DNA of 64,000 nt from Macrostomum lignano (taxonomy: Eukaryota): positions 224,673 to 288,672 of the forward strand of contig NIVC01001444.1 of NCBI GenBank assembly GCA_002269645.1, given 5' to 3'. The stretch's first letter is position 1; each line of letters opens with the position of its first letter. Below the pieces are notes generated by a model. It worked only from the letters and a program-made list of their open reading frames with translations. It was not told the origin of the DNA and ran no database searches. The position numbers were made by a program, and so were the translations under genes. Shown one piece after another: positions 43,399 to 55,707 of the stretch.

Positions 43399-44781
43399 AG
43401 AATTGCTCAGCGGGTCTCAGACTCAATGGGGAATTGCTCAGCGGGTCTCAGACTCAATGGGGAATTGCTCAGCGGGTCTCAGACTCAATGGGGAATTGCT
43501 CAGCGGGTCTCAGACTCAATGGGGAATTGCTCAGCGGGTCTCAGACTCAATGTGGAATTGCTCAGCGGGTCTCAGACTCAATGGGAAATTGCTCAGCTGC
43601 CTCAGACTAAATGGAGAATTGCTCAGCTAGCCACAGACTAAATGGGGAATTGCTCAGCTAGCCACAGACTAAATGGGGAATTGCTCAGCTGCCTCAGACT
43701 AAATGGGGAATTGCTCAGCTAGCCACATACTCAATGGGGAATTGCTCAGCTGCCTCAGACTAAATGGGGAATTGCTCAGCTAGCCACATACTCAATGGGG
43801 AATTGCTCAGCTAGCCACAGACTAAATAGGGAATTGCTCAGCTAGCCACAGACTTAATGGGGAATTGCTCAGCTAGCCACAGACTAAATGGGGAATTGCT
43901 CAGCTAGCCACAGACTAAATGGGGAATTGCTCAGCTAGCCACATACTCAATGGGAAATTGCTCAGCTGCCTCAGACTAAATGGGGAATTGCTCAGCTAGC
44001 CACATACTCAATGGGGAATTGCTCAGCTAGCCACAGACTAAATGGGGAATTGCTCAGCTAGCCACAGACTTAATGGGGAATTGCTCAGCTGCCTCAGACT
44101 AAATGGGGAATTGCTCAGCTAGCCACAGACTAAATGGGGAATTGCTCAGCTAGCCACAGACTAAATGGGGAATTGCTCAGCTAGCCACAGACTAAATGGG
44201 GAATTGCTCAGCCGGCCACAGACTAAATGGGGAATTGCTCAGCCGGCCTCAGACTCGATGGGGAATTGCTCAGCCGGCCACAGACTAAATGGGGAATTGC
44301 TCAGCCGGCCTCAGACTCGATGGGGAATTGCTCAGCCGCCTCAGACTCAATGGGAAATTGCTCAGCCGGCTCAGACTCAATGGGGAATTGCTCAGCTAGC
44401 CACAGACTCAATGGGGAATTGCTCAGCCGGTCTCAGACTAAATAGGGAATTGCTCAGCTAGCCACAGACTCAATGGGGAATTGCTCAGCCGGTCTCAGAC
44501 TCAATGGGGAATTGCTCAGCTAGCCACAGACTCAATGAGGAATTGCTCAGCCGCCTCAGACTCAATGGGGAATTGCTCAGCCGCCTCAGACTAAATGGGG
44601 AATTGCTCAGTCGGTCTCAGACTCAATGGGGAATTGCTCAGCCGGTCTCAGACTCAATGGGGAATTGCTCAGCCGGTCTCAGACTCAATGGGGAATTGCT
44701 TAGCCGCCTTAGACTCAATGGGGAATTGCTCAGCTAGCCACAGACTCAATGGGGAATTGCTCAGTCGGTCTCAGACTCAAT
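43399..44781. repeat. 31-bp minisatellite
   Basis: gggaattgctcagc(gggtct/tagcca)cagact(c/a)aatg with blocks of variant units. Confidence 0.95.
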
Positions 44782-45639
44782 GGATGTTGCTAATATAAGC
44801 TCATTATGATGTCGAGTTAACTCCATGGCATGCAGGTGAGAACAGCCTTGATAAAGGCTTAAAATTTTAAGTTAGGAATAAAAAGAGGCAGTCATTAAAT
44901 TTGAGCCATAATCAAAGCTGATTTTGATTAAAACAAAATTATTTTTATTTGTTTTTGAGCTCATAACACGACTGGATTTTGAGCACAGAATTAAAATATA
45001 TTAGTAATTAAAGAATAGCAATTTGACTTTTTAGGGTCTAAAAAAATCAGCATCTCAACGACAACGCTGATAGGCACATTGTTCAGATGTATAGACACAA
45101 CGATCGGGAACTGTTCCAAAATAGGATTCAACTTAAAACAAGAGCAGATGCTACAGAAAAAATTATGCAACAGATGCGTATCACGCTACTAATAAGTAGG
45201 AGAGACGTAATTGCGCTAGCCGAAATTGAAGATTTTAGCCTAGGCAAGAGCTTTATATTAATAATGTGCACGATTGTATGGCTTTCTTTCAAAATTTCAA
45301 AAGTATTTGAAAACAAAAACATATAAGAAGTGGAAATCTGTAACACTGCTCAACAAGATTTTTATTTAGAACTAATAGACAGACAGATAAATCGAGCGAT
45401 GGGGACATTATAGAATTAGAAAATAACTAAGCTATGCAAATAAAAATAGTAGACCGATTTTTGGATTAAATTTTGGCAGCAGCCATGACGTCAGAGCCAG
45501 TACTGTCGGTAAGAGGGAGGCTCTTTAGTCTATGGCCAAGTGTAGTGCTAGTCATCAACAGTTCGTGTTGCAACCTTGCTGAGACAAAAATATTAGTGGC
45601 CATCTATTTCGTTAAGTTCAAGATTATGCTGTCTCCATG

Positions 45640-45925
45640 ACCATTGCTAGGGCAACAAACATTAGTTGCTATGTCCGTTGCTTAGGTCACAAAAATTCTG
45701 TTTACATGTCCGTAGCTAAGGCTATACACACGAGTTGTTATGTCCATTGCTAAAGCCACAAACACTCTGTGTACATGTCCGTAGCTAAGGCTATACACAC
45801 GAGTTGTTATGTCCATTGCTAAAGCTACAAACACTGTTTACATGTCCGTTGCTAAGGCTATAGATACGAGTTGATATGTCCGTTGCTAAGGACATCAACA
45901 ATAGTTGCCAAGCCCGTTGCCAAGG
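45640..45925. repeat. Degenerate ~35-bp tandem repeat
   Basis: gtcc(g/a)t(a/t)gctaa(g/a)gcta...atgt units. Confidence 0.7.
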
Positions 45926-46054
45926 GTAAAATACAGAGTCAATACACGTTACTTAGGTTGCTACACCGCTTGAAAACAATCCAAGAAAATCCAATAAAAT
46001 TAAATTAGTCTAATGAAAACAAAATCGAGCATTGGCTTAACAGATAAAGAAATA

Positions 46055-48029
46055 TCAAATAGGAAACACAAATTCACCAGAATTCAACCTCGGCTCAGGG
46101 GCATAGTCAAACTTGAACACCGTAGCCTGGCTGTACTTCGATCCGGGCGTCAGCAGTGACGACGGAAATTCCGGATGGTTGAGCGAGTCGGGATAGAGCT
46201 GGGTCTCGAAGCACAGGCCAGCGTGGCGGCTATACTGGCAGCCGCCTTTGCCAGGCACCGAGTCAATGTAATAGCCGGTGTAGAACACCAGCACTGGCTG
46301 GTCAGTGCGGCAGCTCAGCCTCCGGCCGCTGCTCAGCTCCTCGGCAACTCCGGCAGCTGGTGCCGATTCGTCATCAACCGACTGACCAGAGGCCGAGTCT
46401 AACACGTAGATGTGATCAAAATTGATGCCGTCAGACAGTTTGCGGCCGGCGCCGCGAAGGTCGGACGGAGTGCCATCGACGGGCAGTACGCGGCCAGTGG
46501 GCAGCAGCTCGGCGTCCAGTTCGATCAGACGGGAGCTGGCAAGCTGCCAAAAGTGGGGATAGGGTAGACTGGATGATGAGGCTGTTTGGGATTGGGGAGG
46601 TTGGATGGTGAGGCTGGATGATGAGGCTGTTTGGGGATCGGGGAGGGGGTTGGATGATGAGGCTTTTTGGAGATGGGAATCGGGAGGCTGGATGATGAGG
46701 CTGTTTGGGGATCGGGAGGCTGGATGATGAGGCTGTTTGGGGATCGGGGAGGCTGGATGATGAGGCTTTTTGGGGATCGGGGAGGCTGGATGGTGAGGCT
46801 GCTTGGGGATAAGGGAGGTTGGATGATGAGGCTGTTTGGGGATTGGAGGCTGGATTATGAGGCTGTTAGCGGATTAAAGAGCATGGATGATGAGACAGCA
46901 TAGGATTCGGGAAGTTAGATAATGAGGATGTTTGAGGGCCGTTTGGGGATTGGGGACGCTGGTGATAAGGTTAGCTACATACATGCGCAACCCCTGATTC
47001 ACACTGGCCGTGCGAATAACTTTTTGACCAAAAATTGGACTTGCCTGTGAAATGAACCTAGAGAAAGATTAATGCAATTTTTGGTAAACGGCAGGAGTAA
47101 CTCGGTGGTCTTATTAAGGCTAAAGGCCTCGTCATCTAATTAGTACTACGTCTATTTTTCGGGCTGGCCTTTTTGCGACTTACCTTGGCTGGGACCCTCG
47201 CCAGCCGGCCGGGTGTTGCGCATGTTTGTGAGGCTGTTTGGGATTAAATAGGCTGAATTAGGAGACAGTTTGAGGATTTGGGAGGCTTGGTGATGAGACT
47301 ATTTGGTGATGAGGTCTGACGAGCTAGGACTTCTAAAAAGATTGGCGGCTGCTAATTCAGTTGATAATATCATCAACTAGGCCATCCTTAGGCTTAAGTC
47401 CCTCCGCATAAGCGCAGTGAATTCCGAACCTGGACTCGATGATTAGAGACGTCACCGGACGAGTGGCCAGACAGATTGAAGTAGGCGTGATTAGTGAGGC
47501 TCACTGGACACGGTCGGTCGCACTCGGCCGAGTAGTTCAACCGCAGACTGTTGTCATTAGAAACTGTGTAGGTGACGGTGACGCGCAGGTTGCCAGGGTA
47601 GCCATCTTCGCCGTCCTTGCTAAGCAAGCTGAGCGTGACGGAGTCCTCGCCCAGATTGTCAATGTTCCACACTGCTCTGGTGAGTCCGCGCTCGCCGCCG
47701 TGCAGACTGTGCCGACCGTGATTGCGAGTGACGCTAACGGGTTGATCGCCGCCAGGCAAGCTGAACTGGGCGTCCTTGACTCGGCCTGGCTGGCGTCCAA
47801 CAACAAAGCCGAAGTAGCACGGACAGCTCTCGTAGCCTTGCACCGTGTCGTAGCCGAGCACGACGTCGGTTGGGGGGTCGCACGGGTTGCGCGAAGGGCA
47901 GTAGAGACTTTGCAGAGCGGCACCATAGGTCAGCACGTGGGCCTCGAAGCCACCAGGGCTGCGCAGTACAATCTTTTGAACTTCGCGACCGTCACTTGTA
48001 CGGCCGAATAGTTCGGACACGGCTACCAT
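46055..48029 (-). CDS. GALM: Aldose 1-epimerase / galactose mutarotase (exons 48029-47430, 46543-46055; 362 aa)
   Basis: Motifs TYGA, DVVLGYD, SLHGG, DGEDGYPGNL, TNHAYFNL, LLPTG, FDH, YTG, CFETQ; cag|gttcgg and ttggcag|ctt junctions in phase 0. Confidence 0.95.
46560..46960. repeat. ~33-bp minisatellite in the GALM intron
   Basis: gaggctggatgatgaggctgtttggggatcggg. Confidence 0.88.
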
Positions 48030-48999
48030 TTGTAATGCTTATTAAATGATGCAGCTGAAAGATGTGGCAAAAAGGTGGAGAGCATTCATCAAATAAAAAG
48101 GTAAATTATTTATTGGACAAGGCGGAAAGAAAGACAGATGCCGATTTTTATGGATTTAGAGACCGCCTCGGATATACAGAACTACACATACACGAATACA
48201 CAATTATCAATGGATAAAAGTACTTCAATAAGGACTTAGCTCATAAAGAATTGCTAAACTCTTTGCAGACAAACTTAATTTGTTTCTCAGCTTGGTGACT
48301 TAGTTTCCGCTCAGACAAGGCTCTGCATTTATGAGGCTGTCTTTACAGCAGACAAAAATCGCAAGCAGCTCATCAATCACCGCAGTATTCAAATGCGTTG
48401 GGAATTCCAGCGACGCAAGGGAATTCAATTTCCTAGGGTAGAAAGTGAAGCAATCTTATTACGCGGGTGCTAATTTAGAGCCACGTCTGCTTTCGAAGAG
48501 CGGACGAAGGATCCGCTCGCATATGTTTCGAATTCTCAAGAGTTGTATGTACACTAGCCACTCTGCACATTGCCTCAAAGCGAGACCAAATTTCTGCAAA
48601 TTCCACTGCCTACACCTGAGCAAGCTTACAAGCAGTTGGGTGCTTATTTAGGCACACGTACACATAAATATACGCTCGTACATCTGCCCTCGACACAGAC
48701 ACTTGCATCACGAATTTGACTTTCTGTGCCTCAGATCGTGAACAGTACATGTATACATGAAGAATGTAAACTGTGACCCGTAAAAATTTGGTCTGGCATT
48801 CACCCATCAGATTAATCGACATCTCTGAATTTAGTAATGAACTAATTTTTCATTGGCTCTCAGTTGAAAGAAAAAAACGTGACAAGTCTCTGGTCTAAGC
48901 CAATGATCACACCGCAAAGAGCTTAAGTTTCGCCTCAAAATAGGCTGAGCCAAATTTCCTAAAATAATTCTCCCTTAGACTTTCACAAAAACAACTAAG

Positions 49000-50746
49000 A
49001 TGAATTACACCGGCATTAGCCAAGCAGAGCTGGTTGATCTGTTAATGTTAACAGCAGTTTCAGCGGTTGGCACATTCGGTAACTGCCTCGTGATATTCTG
49101 CGTGCTAATTCTCAGACGTATGCGCACCGTCACGGCGATTTTTGTTGCCAACTTGGCCGGAGCCGGGCTCCTGTTGGCCGGCCTGGTAGCACCAAGCTCA
49201 AGCCGGTTGCTGTGGAAACGCTTTGATAATAACGATGCGTCTGAGGACGATCAATGGTGTCGAATCTTCGGAGAATTGTTATTTTTTGGTTGCGCGGCTA
49301 GCGTCAATATGAGTGCACTGATTGCGGTTGCAAGGTGATGCTCACCATTTTTTGGACTGCTTTGGACTTGGCTCGTATAATTTCAAATATTTATTTACGT
49401 GCACAGATTTATAAACTATTCTAAGGACAAGGATTTACATTAAGAAATGAAGTGTCTAGCAAATACTAGCAATATTTATTCAACCATGACATTGCAGTAC
49501 CTAGGGAATTAAAATGAAAAAGCTGCAAGTCTCGAATACCAAGGCACATACCAAATAGCTTCAGTGAAAGAAATAACGAAGCGTTATTATAAACTACTCC
49601 AATTAAATACGGTGCAAACCAGGTACATAGCCGTGTGCCGACCGCACTTGTCTGCCTACCTGTTCAGACACTGGCGAGTGACAGGATGGTGTCTCGTCGC
49701 CTGGGTCTACACAGCTTTACAAGTGGTTGCACCCACCTGGACCGGACTGTTTCGATATGCTTACAACCCGGCAACAGGTGTGTGTCATCTTAATTACACC
49801 AGGCAGCCAATAGCTGTTGCTGTCTACATAAACTGCGCATGCTTCGCGCCAAGTGCGCTTCTCTGCGCCGTCTCATACGCGCTGATATTTTGCAACCTGC
49901 GTCGAGCGCGTCAACGACTGGCAGCTCAGAGCGACGCTGCCGCAGCAGCCCGGCGACTACGCCGTGAGAGACGCGCAACTCTGCCAATGTTCGCAGCTTT
50001 GATGGCCTTCCTGGCTCACTGGCTTCCCGTTATGGTGGCTCTGGCGCTAGATCCAGCCTTCGACAGGTAAAACAAGCGAATGCGTACTAACCATGCGCTA
50101 AATTGAAGTACAAGTGACCAAGCGATTTGTTTGCTCTAATCTCTCTGAATTAATTCCGCCTGAACAAAGGAACGAAGATGCAAATCGCCACAACTGGTCT
50201 AATTTTTTCCCTGCAAAATATTTCCAGAAAATTCAGGACCTGACGCTGAGAAGAATAGGAATCATGTTACCAGTGCCTTTGAATTTATGTGCCACAGCTA
50301 GGATGCAGCAACCAATAAGCAGAGTAAAATCTGTTATGTAGTCATTCTTTTAATTAGGTGAATTTTAGCTCCTAAAGCCTTGCCCCTATCTCAGATTCCA
50401 GCCCGGAGTGCACAGACACCTCGGCCTATTTAGCATAGCCAGCGCCTGCGACAATTGGATCATCTACGGACTGCTGAATCGGCACTTTTCAAGCGCTTAT
50501 CGCGACGTTCTATGCAGCCTGTGTCGATGTTTGCAACGTCAGCGACAAATGAAGCATCGCCCAACAATAGCGCATCGGCGCACGCGGCACCTGCAACGAC
50601 AGCGATCGCTGACAGGCAATCAGCCGCACCGGCGCTTAGCGCCATCTGCAACCAGGAGGTCGACTTTAATGAGCCAATCAATCAACGGCCGGAGCGGGAA
50701 AATGAAGAGCAAGCGTCGCTGTCGCATTATGGCAACGACAGATTAG
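49000..50746 (+). CDS. Class A GPCR, melatonin-receptor-like orphan (exons 49000-49334, 49623-50066, 50395-50746; 376 aa as read)
   Basis: TM1 GNCLVI, TM2 NLAGAG, WC before TM3, AR|YIAVC split by a phase-2 intron, TM4 W, ECL2 Cys, TM5 P and Y, TM6 HWLP, TM7 CDNWIIYGLLNRHF (compare melatonin receptor CLNAIIYGLLNQNF). Confidence 0.88.
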
Positions 50747-51350
50747 ACGTGATTAATGGCCGTTCAAGAGTTGCAATCACTTTTGAATTGCCAATGATCG
50801 AACGGCAGGCGATAGCTGCAGCAGATGATGATGAATCTAACTTAGACATTTGCGCGCCAATAGATGTATACTAATCTTTAGAATGAGATGCCTGCGGTAT
50901 CAGTAAAGCAGCATTGGTACTCAACAGAGTTTACAATGGGTACTTTAAGCGACTAGCGTTTAATAAACTCGTAGATTTCACGCCTTTATATTCAATACTC
51001 GTAGTAATGCTAAAATATTGCATAGATCATTCATGCGCAGTCACTGTTTGCCGAAAGACTTCTGGCATCCAACACACTGGCATGGTTAGCGTTGGTGCAT
51101 ATTATTAGGTAGAAAAAGTAGGTTATTTTATAATCGACGCAAGTATTTCATTCCAATTTATGATTGCACAAGATAAGAAGTTTTTTCACCATACAGGCAA
51201 CTTGAAAATGGGACTTAGAATCTGCGTCACTTTATCGCTGGAGAGACCGAAGAAATGGGGGGATTCCTAGTCGACTGTGTTAGTGAAATAAGTGAGCGAA
51301 GATTGAATATATATCTGTACAAAAAGAACGAAAACTCAAATATAAGAATA

Positions 51351-52368
51351 GCTGCACTATTTCACCCTCGATTTTGAACATGGACAACTTCGAAACTGAC
51401 AAACTCCTCAATATTGACTCTATGGCCAGGCACTCAAAATCTACAATCATTATAGCTTTTTGCAGCCCATTTGGGCTTACACGCATTGAATTTAATCCAA
51501 GATACGTTTGCTAAAGTACTGGAGCTTTTGTCCATGGTGGCAAGGCTGGTACAGCGGTGTTTAATTTTGTCCAACAACAACAAGCATCAATTTGGTCCAT
51601 AGCTTCATTTGGAACTGCTGCGAAGGAGCAAGATCAGCCCCAGAATTGTGGACCATATGCTAGGCAGTCCAGTCGAACGAATGCCATTGACTTGTGATCG
51701 AAAGATTCCACAGAGGTGAACACCCAAAGGACATGGCAAGGTTGCTGAATGTAAAAGAAAATATGGTTTACAGCATCCATCAGCGCGTTGAAACCACTGG
51801 CGGCATAGATCGCCTGCGAAGAGGTGGAAATCGCAAAGCAAGTTGCGAGAGCCTCAGGTCCAACTGCTACTCGATGCAGTTGAGACGAATCCTTTGTTGA
51901 CGGAGCAGAAAATGCAGCAGAAGTTGAAGGAACAGCTACAGTTGGTTATCGATTTTGACTATCTGCAGAGCTCTGAAAAGCGACTGAAAATTGTTGATAG
52001 AGACGCTGACATTCCAGTGGTACGCAACAATCGCAGACGGTTGAGAGAAGGCAAGGAGTTTGACGAATGGCTCACGAGCGTTTGGACCAAATGGGTGCTT
52101 TTTGGACCAAATTAAATGCCACTGTGCCAGCCTCGCTACTATAGACAAAAGCTCCAGTACATTGGCAAACATATCAATGCGCGTAGGCCCAAATGAGCTG
52201 CAATTCTCCCAGGAGAAGTTGACGAAACCTGCATTGTCAAAATTGAAGCTCGATCTGTCAATACTGATTGCAGATTTTGAGTGCCCGACCGTAGAGCGTT
52301 AATATTGAAGAGGAGTTAACCAGTTTCGTGTTCTGCTTGTTCAAAATGAGGGTAAAATGGTGTACAAC
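51351..52368 (+). mobile_element. Old internally deleted Tc1/IS630-like DNA transposon with ~250-290-bp imperfect TIRs
   Basis: 51351-51600 and 52080-52368 are diverged inverted repeats (gtactggagcttttgtc / gacaaaagctccagtac; cactcaaaatct / agattttgagtg); TA flanks; frameshifted HTH-type fragment ...RLRRGGNRK...QVQLLLDAVETNPLLT. Confidence 0.6.
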
Positions 52369-52513
52369 TACATACACACAGCTAAATAAACAATTCCTAA
52401 ACAAACAAACAAACAACAAAAATATAATCATGAAACAATATCAAGGCTAAAGAAGCACTGTGGATGCAAATATTAATTATTTATCCTTCTTCACTTATTA
52501 TTTCTTAAATATG

Positions 52514-53137
52514 CGTTAAAGTTACCCTCGTTTTTAGCTACTAGTAGTAACCTACTAAGCGAAGTAACAAACAATATAGAGAAGCTAGCCAGCTATAATT
52601 TGCCAACGAAGATTGAAAACACATTTTATCTATTAAAAAAATCAATAATTCCTTAGTGGAAGCAGACTCGCATGAATGATCTTTGCATACTGTGGCCTAA
52701 CCTGTTGCGTTCTATTGTGAAAAGAAGCTTCCATTGGGCTTTTAAGGTGCACTTTTAAATTCCCAACTTAGAGCCGGTTAGCTTGAAGTCCAATAGCCTG
52801 GCTATTGTGCGTTAGTTAGCCTGGCTATAGCCTGGCTATCGTTAAAGTTACCCTCGTTTTTAGCTACTAGTAGTAACCTACTAAGCGAAGTAACAAACAA
52901 TATAGAGAAGCTAGCCAGCTATAATTTGCCAACGAAGATTGAAAACACATTTTATCTATTAAAAAAATCAATAATTCCTTAGTGGAAGCAGACTCGCATG
53001 AATGATCTTTGCATACTGTGGCCTAACCTGTTGCGTTCTATTGTGAAAAGAAGCTTCCATTGGGCTTTTAAGGTGCACTTTTAAATTCCCAACTTAGAGC
53101 CGGTTAGCTTGAAGTCCAATAGCCTGGCTATTGTGCG
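52514..53137. repeat. 298-bp direct duplication (52514-52811, 52840-53137)
   Basis: Copies appear identical by eye; 28-bp spacer ttagttagcctggctatagcctggctat. Confidence 0.9.
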
Positions 53138-54039
53138 CATGAGAAACTTTTGCCTACTGCACAAGCTTATGCACTTAAACAGAATCTTGCCAATTTTTCC
53201 AAGAAGACGATACAGCTCAAGGCCTAGTATAGGTCCCCGCAGCCTCATCGCATATGTAATTGTAGCTACCGCAGGTGTCATGTCTGGCACAGACTAGCCG
53301 GACGCAGACTGCCCTATTCCCAACAACATTTTTGATTCTGCATTGCTAACTGAATGAATCATTACGCTACTATTCACTCTCTCCTTTCCTTCCTATTGTT
53401 TCAGCAAAGTAACTGGGCAGTGGAGTGTGCTAAGAGACTGAATATTGAATTGGGACTGGGGAGACCTGCCACTGTGCAGAAAGCAAGGAAAGACTGATGC
53501 AGGCGGGACAACGGAGGAAAAAAACTACGGAGAGAACCTCCCCCCACAGCCAAGCAGCTTTCAAGGCCGGCCAACATCTTTCCAAACAAACGCTTGAGAT
53601 GGGCAGCTAAAACTTGTGGCGCACAATGCCAATTTTCATTCAGCTTTAGATCTTATTCAGCTACTCCTAAAGACTGTGAAAGATGTGGAAGAACTCGACT
53701 GAACAATCAATTCTATACAATAACGAATGGGATGGTTCTGAAAACAATAAAGGACTGCAGGCAGATACCTCGGTGCTCCTCATGCGAAGAAATGCATGTT
53801 CGAAGAAAATATAATCAGATTTAAACTGCTGGAAAACTATGGAAGCAGCTAAAAGCAAATGAAATTTTGAACCATCGTGCAGTTTATTGTTTTACACAGA
53901 TGGTGCTTGGCATGGTTCTGTAATATTTTCAGTTAATTTTGGAAAATGATAAACTTGTACTTACTGTACATAGGATTAAACTCAACGCTCTTTATAGGAA
54001 TGTTAAATGAAGAAGAATCCAGCTCATGGCTGCGGGCAA

Positions 54040-54770
54040 GATGAGAGTGGAAAGGAGAGGGAGAGGAGAAATGGTATGGGGTAAAAAAGATATCTTCTCT
54101 TAAAAAGAAGAGGGAAAAGACGAGAAGGGAAAGATGGGAGAGAGGAGAGAGAAGAGGGAATAGAGAGGAGAGAGAAGAGAGGGGATAGAGGGGAGAGAGA
54201 AGAGGGGAGAGAGGATAGATGGGAGGGGGAGAGGGGAGAGAAGGGAGAGGAGAGGGGAGAAGGTACAGAGGGGAGAGAGCAGAGAGGGGAGAAGGTAGAG
54301 AGGGGAGAGGGCAGAGAGGGAAAAGGTACAGAGGGGAGAGGGCAGAGAGGGAAAAGGTACAGAGGGGAGAGGGCAGAGAGGGGAGAAGGTAGAGGGGAGA
54401 GAGGATAGAGGGGAGGGGGAGAGAGGGGAGAAGGTAGAGAGGGGGGAGAAGGAAAAGGGTGAGGAGAGAGTGCAGAGAGGGGAGAGGGGAGAGATAGAAG
54501 AGGGGAGGAGAGAAGAGGGGAGAGAGAAGAGGGAAGATAGGAGAGAAAGTAGAGGGGAGAGAGGAGAGAGGGAAAAGAGAGGGGAGAGAACAGGGGGAGA
54601 AGAGAGGAGAGAGGGGAAAGAAGGAAGAGAAGGGAGAGGGGGAGAGAGGAGAGGGCAGAGACCAGAGAGGGAAGAGAGAGAGAGAGAAGAGAGCAGAGAA
54701 AATAGAGAGGAGAGAAGGGAAGGCTTGGAAGAAAAGCTGAGAGAGAAGTAAATAAAGAGAAAAGAGGTCA
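54040..54770 (+). repeat. Polypurine (GA-rich) low-complexity tract
   Basis: About 730 bp of almost only G and A on the plus strand. Confidence 0.93.
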
Positions 54771-55641
54771 CAGCATATTTAAAAAATTAGAATATAGGCT
54801 ACTGGTTTTAAGCCTCTAGGCTCTTTGTCAGGCCAAAAATTAGGGTGTAATGCAATTCAAGTTTGCCTTTTAAGTATTATTTTTGTCAGTCTGATAAAAT
54901 AGATAAGGAACTATATTATACAAGAGGTGTACATTAAAAACTCAATTCTGTCTAGCTCTAACTTGTCTCAGAGGCTTTAAACCAGTCATTTTCATTGACT
55001 ATATTTAGTATATTAAAAATTGCTTTTTTTGAAGTACTACAATTAAATACAATGCAGGTATTAAAGATAGGAGCCTAATAATTGATATTTGCAAGTACAA
55101 GGGGTGTCCCAAAAGTCTATGCACTTTCTTCACTATAGTTTTTTTTCTGACCAATCAGAAACATTAAGTCTGTTGCAGTTGAAAAGAGAATTATCTGCCC
55201 GTTAAAATGACTTTCTGTTTATTTCTGTATCAGCTGGCATTCTTGAGATATGAGCACTTTTCTGCCCCACCCTGTGCTACTTTTACGAATTGCCATAGAC
55301 CAAAGCTTTGTACCTCATGCACAAAACAACAAAACATTCAACGAATCAACAAAAAATCTGCAACATGAAAGCTGAGGAAAGAAAAGTTAAAAGTTAATCA
55401 TCATTGTCCTGAGGCTTCTCCACATAGTCACCACTGGGTGCGCTGCACACTTCTGCCATCAGCTGTGCACAGGGGGTGGGACAGAAAAGTGTTCATATGC
55501 TCTTGGAGCCACAAGATAGGCTCTGAAAGATTAAAAAACTAGAAGCTGGTCTTAGTCCCTAGGGAGAAAGAGCATGTGGTGAGTGGGTGTAGCATTTGCA
55601 GTGGGATGACCCACAGTAATAGAACCCTTTGGGGTACAACT

Positions 55642-55694
<53 letters not shown>

Positions 55695-55707
55695 TTAATC
55701 ATCCATA

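Noticed and set aside
45087-45346. Short opposing ORFs downstream of GALM
   Set aside because: AT-rich, no motifs.
53400-53860. Cys-containing ORF resembling a piggyBac-type C-terminal domain
   Set aside because: Cys spacing does not fit well and no other transposase motif is visible.
54100-54771. Leu/Ser/Pro and Glu/Arg/Gly ORFs
   Set aside because: Translations of the polypurine tract.
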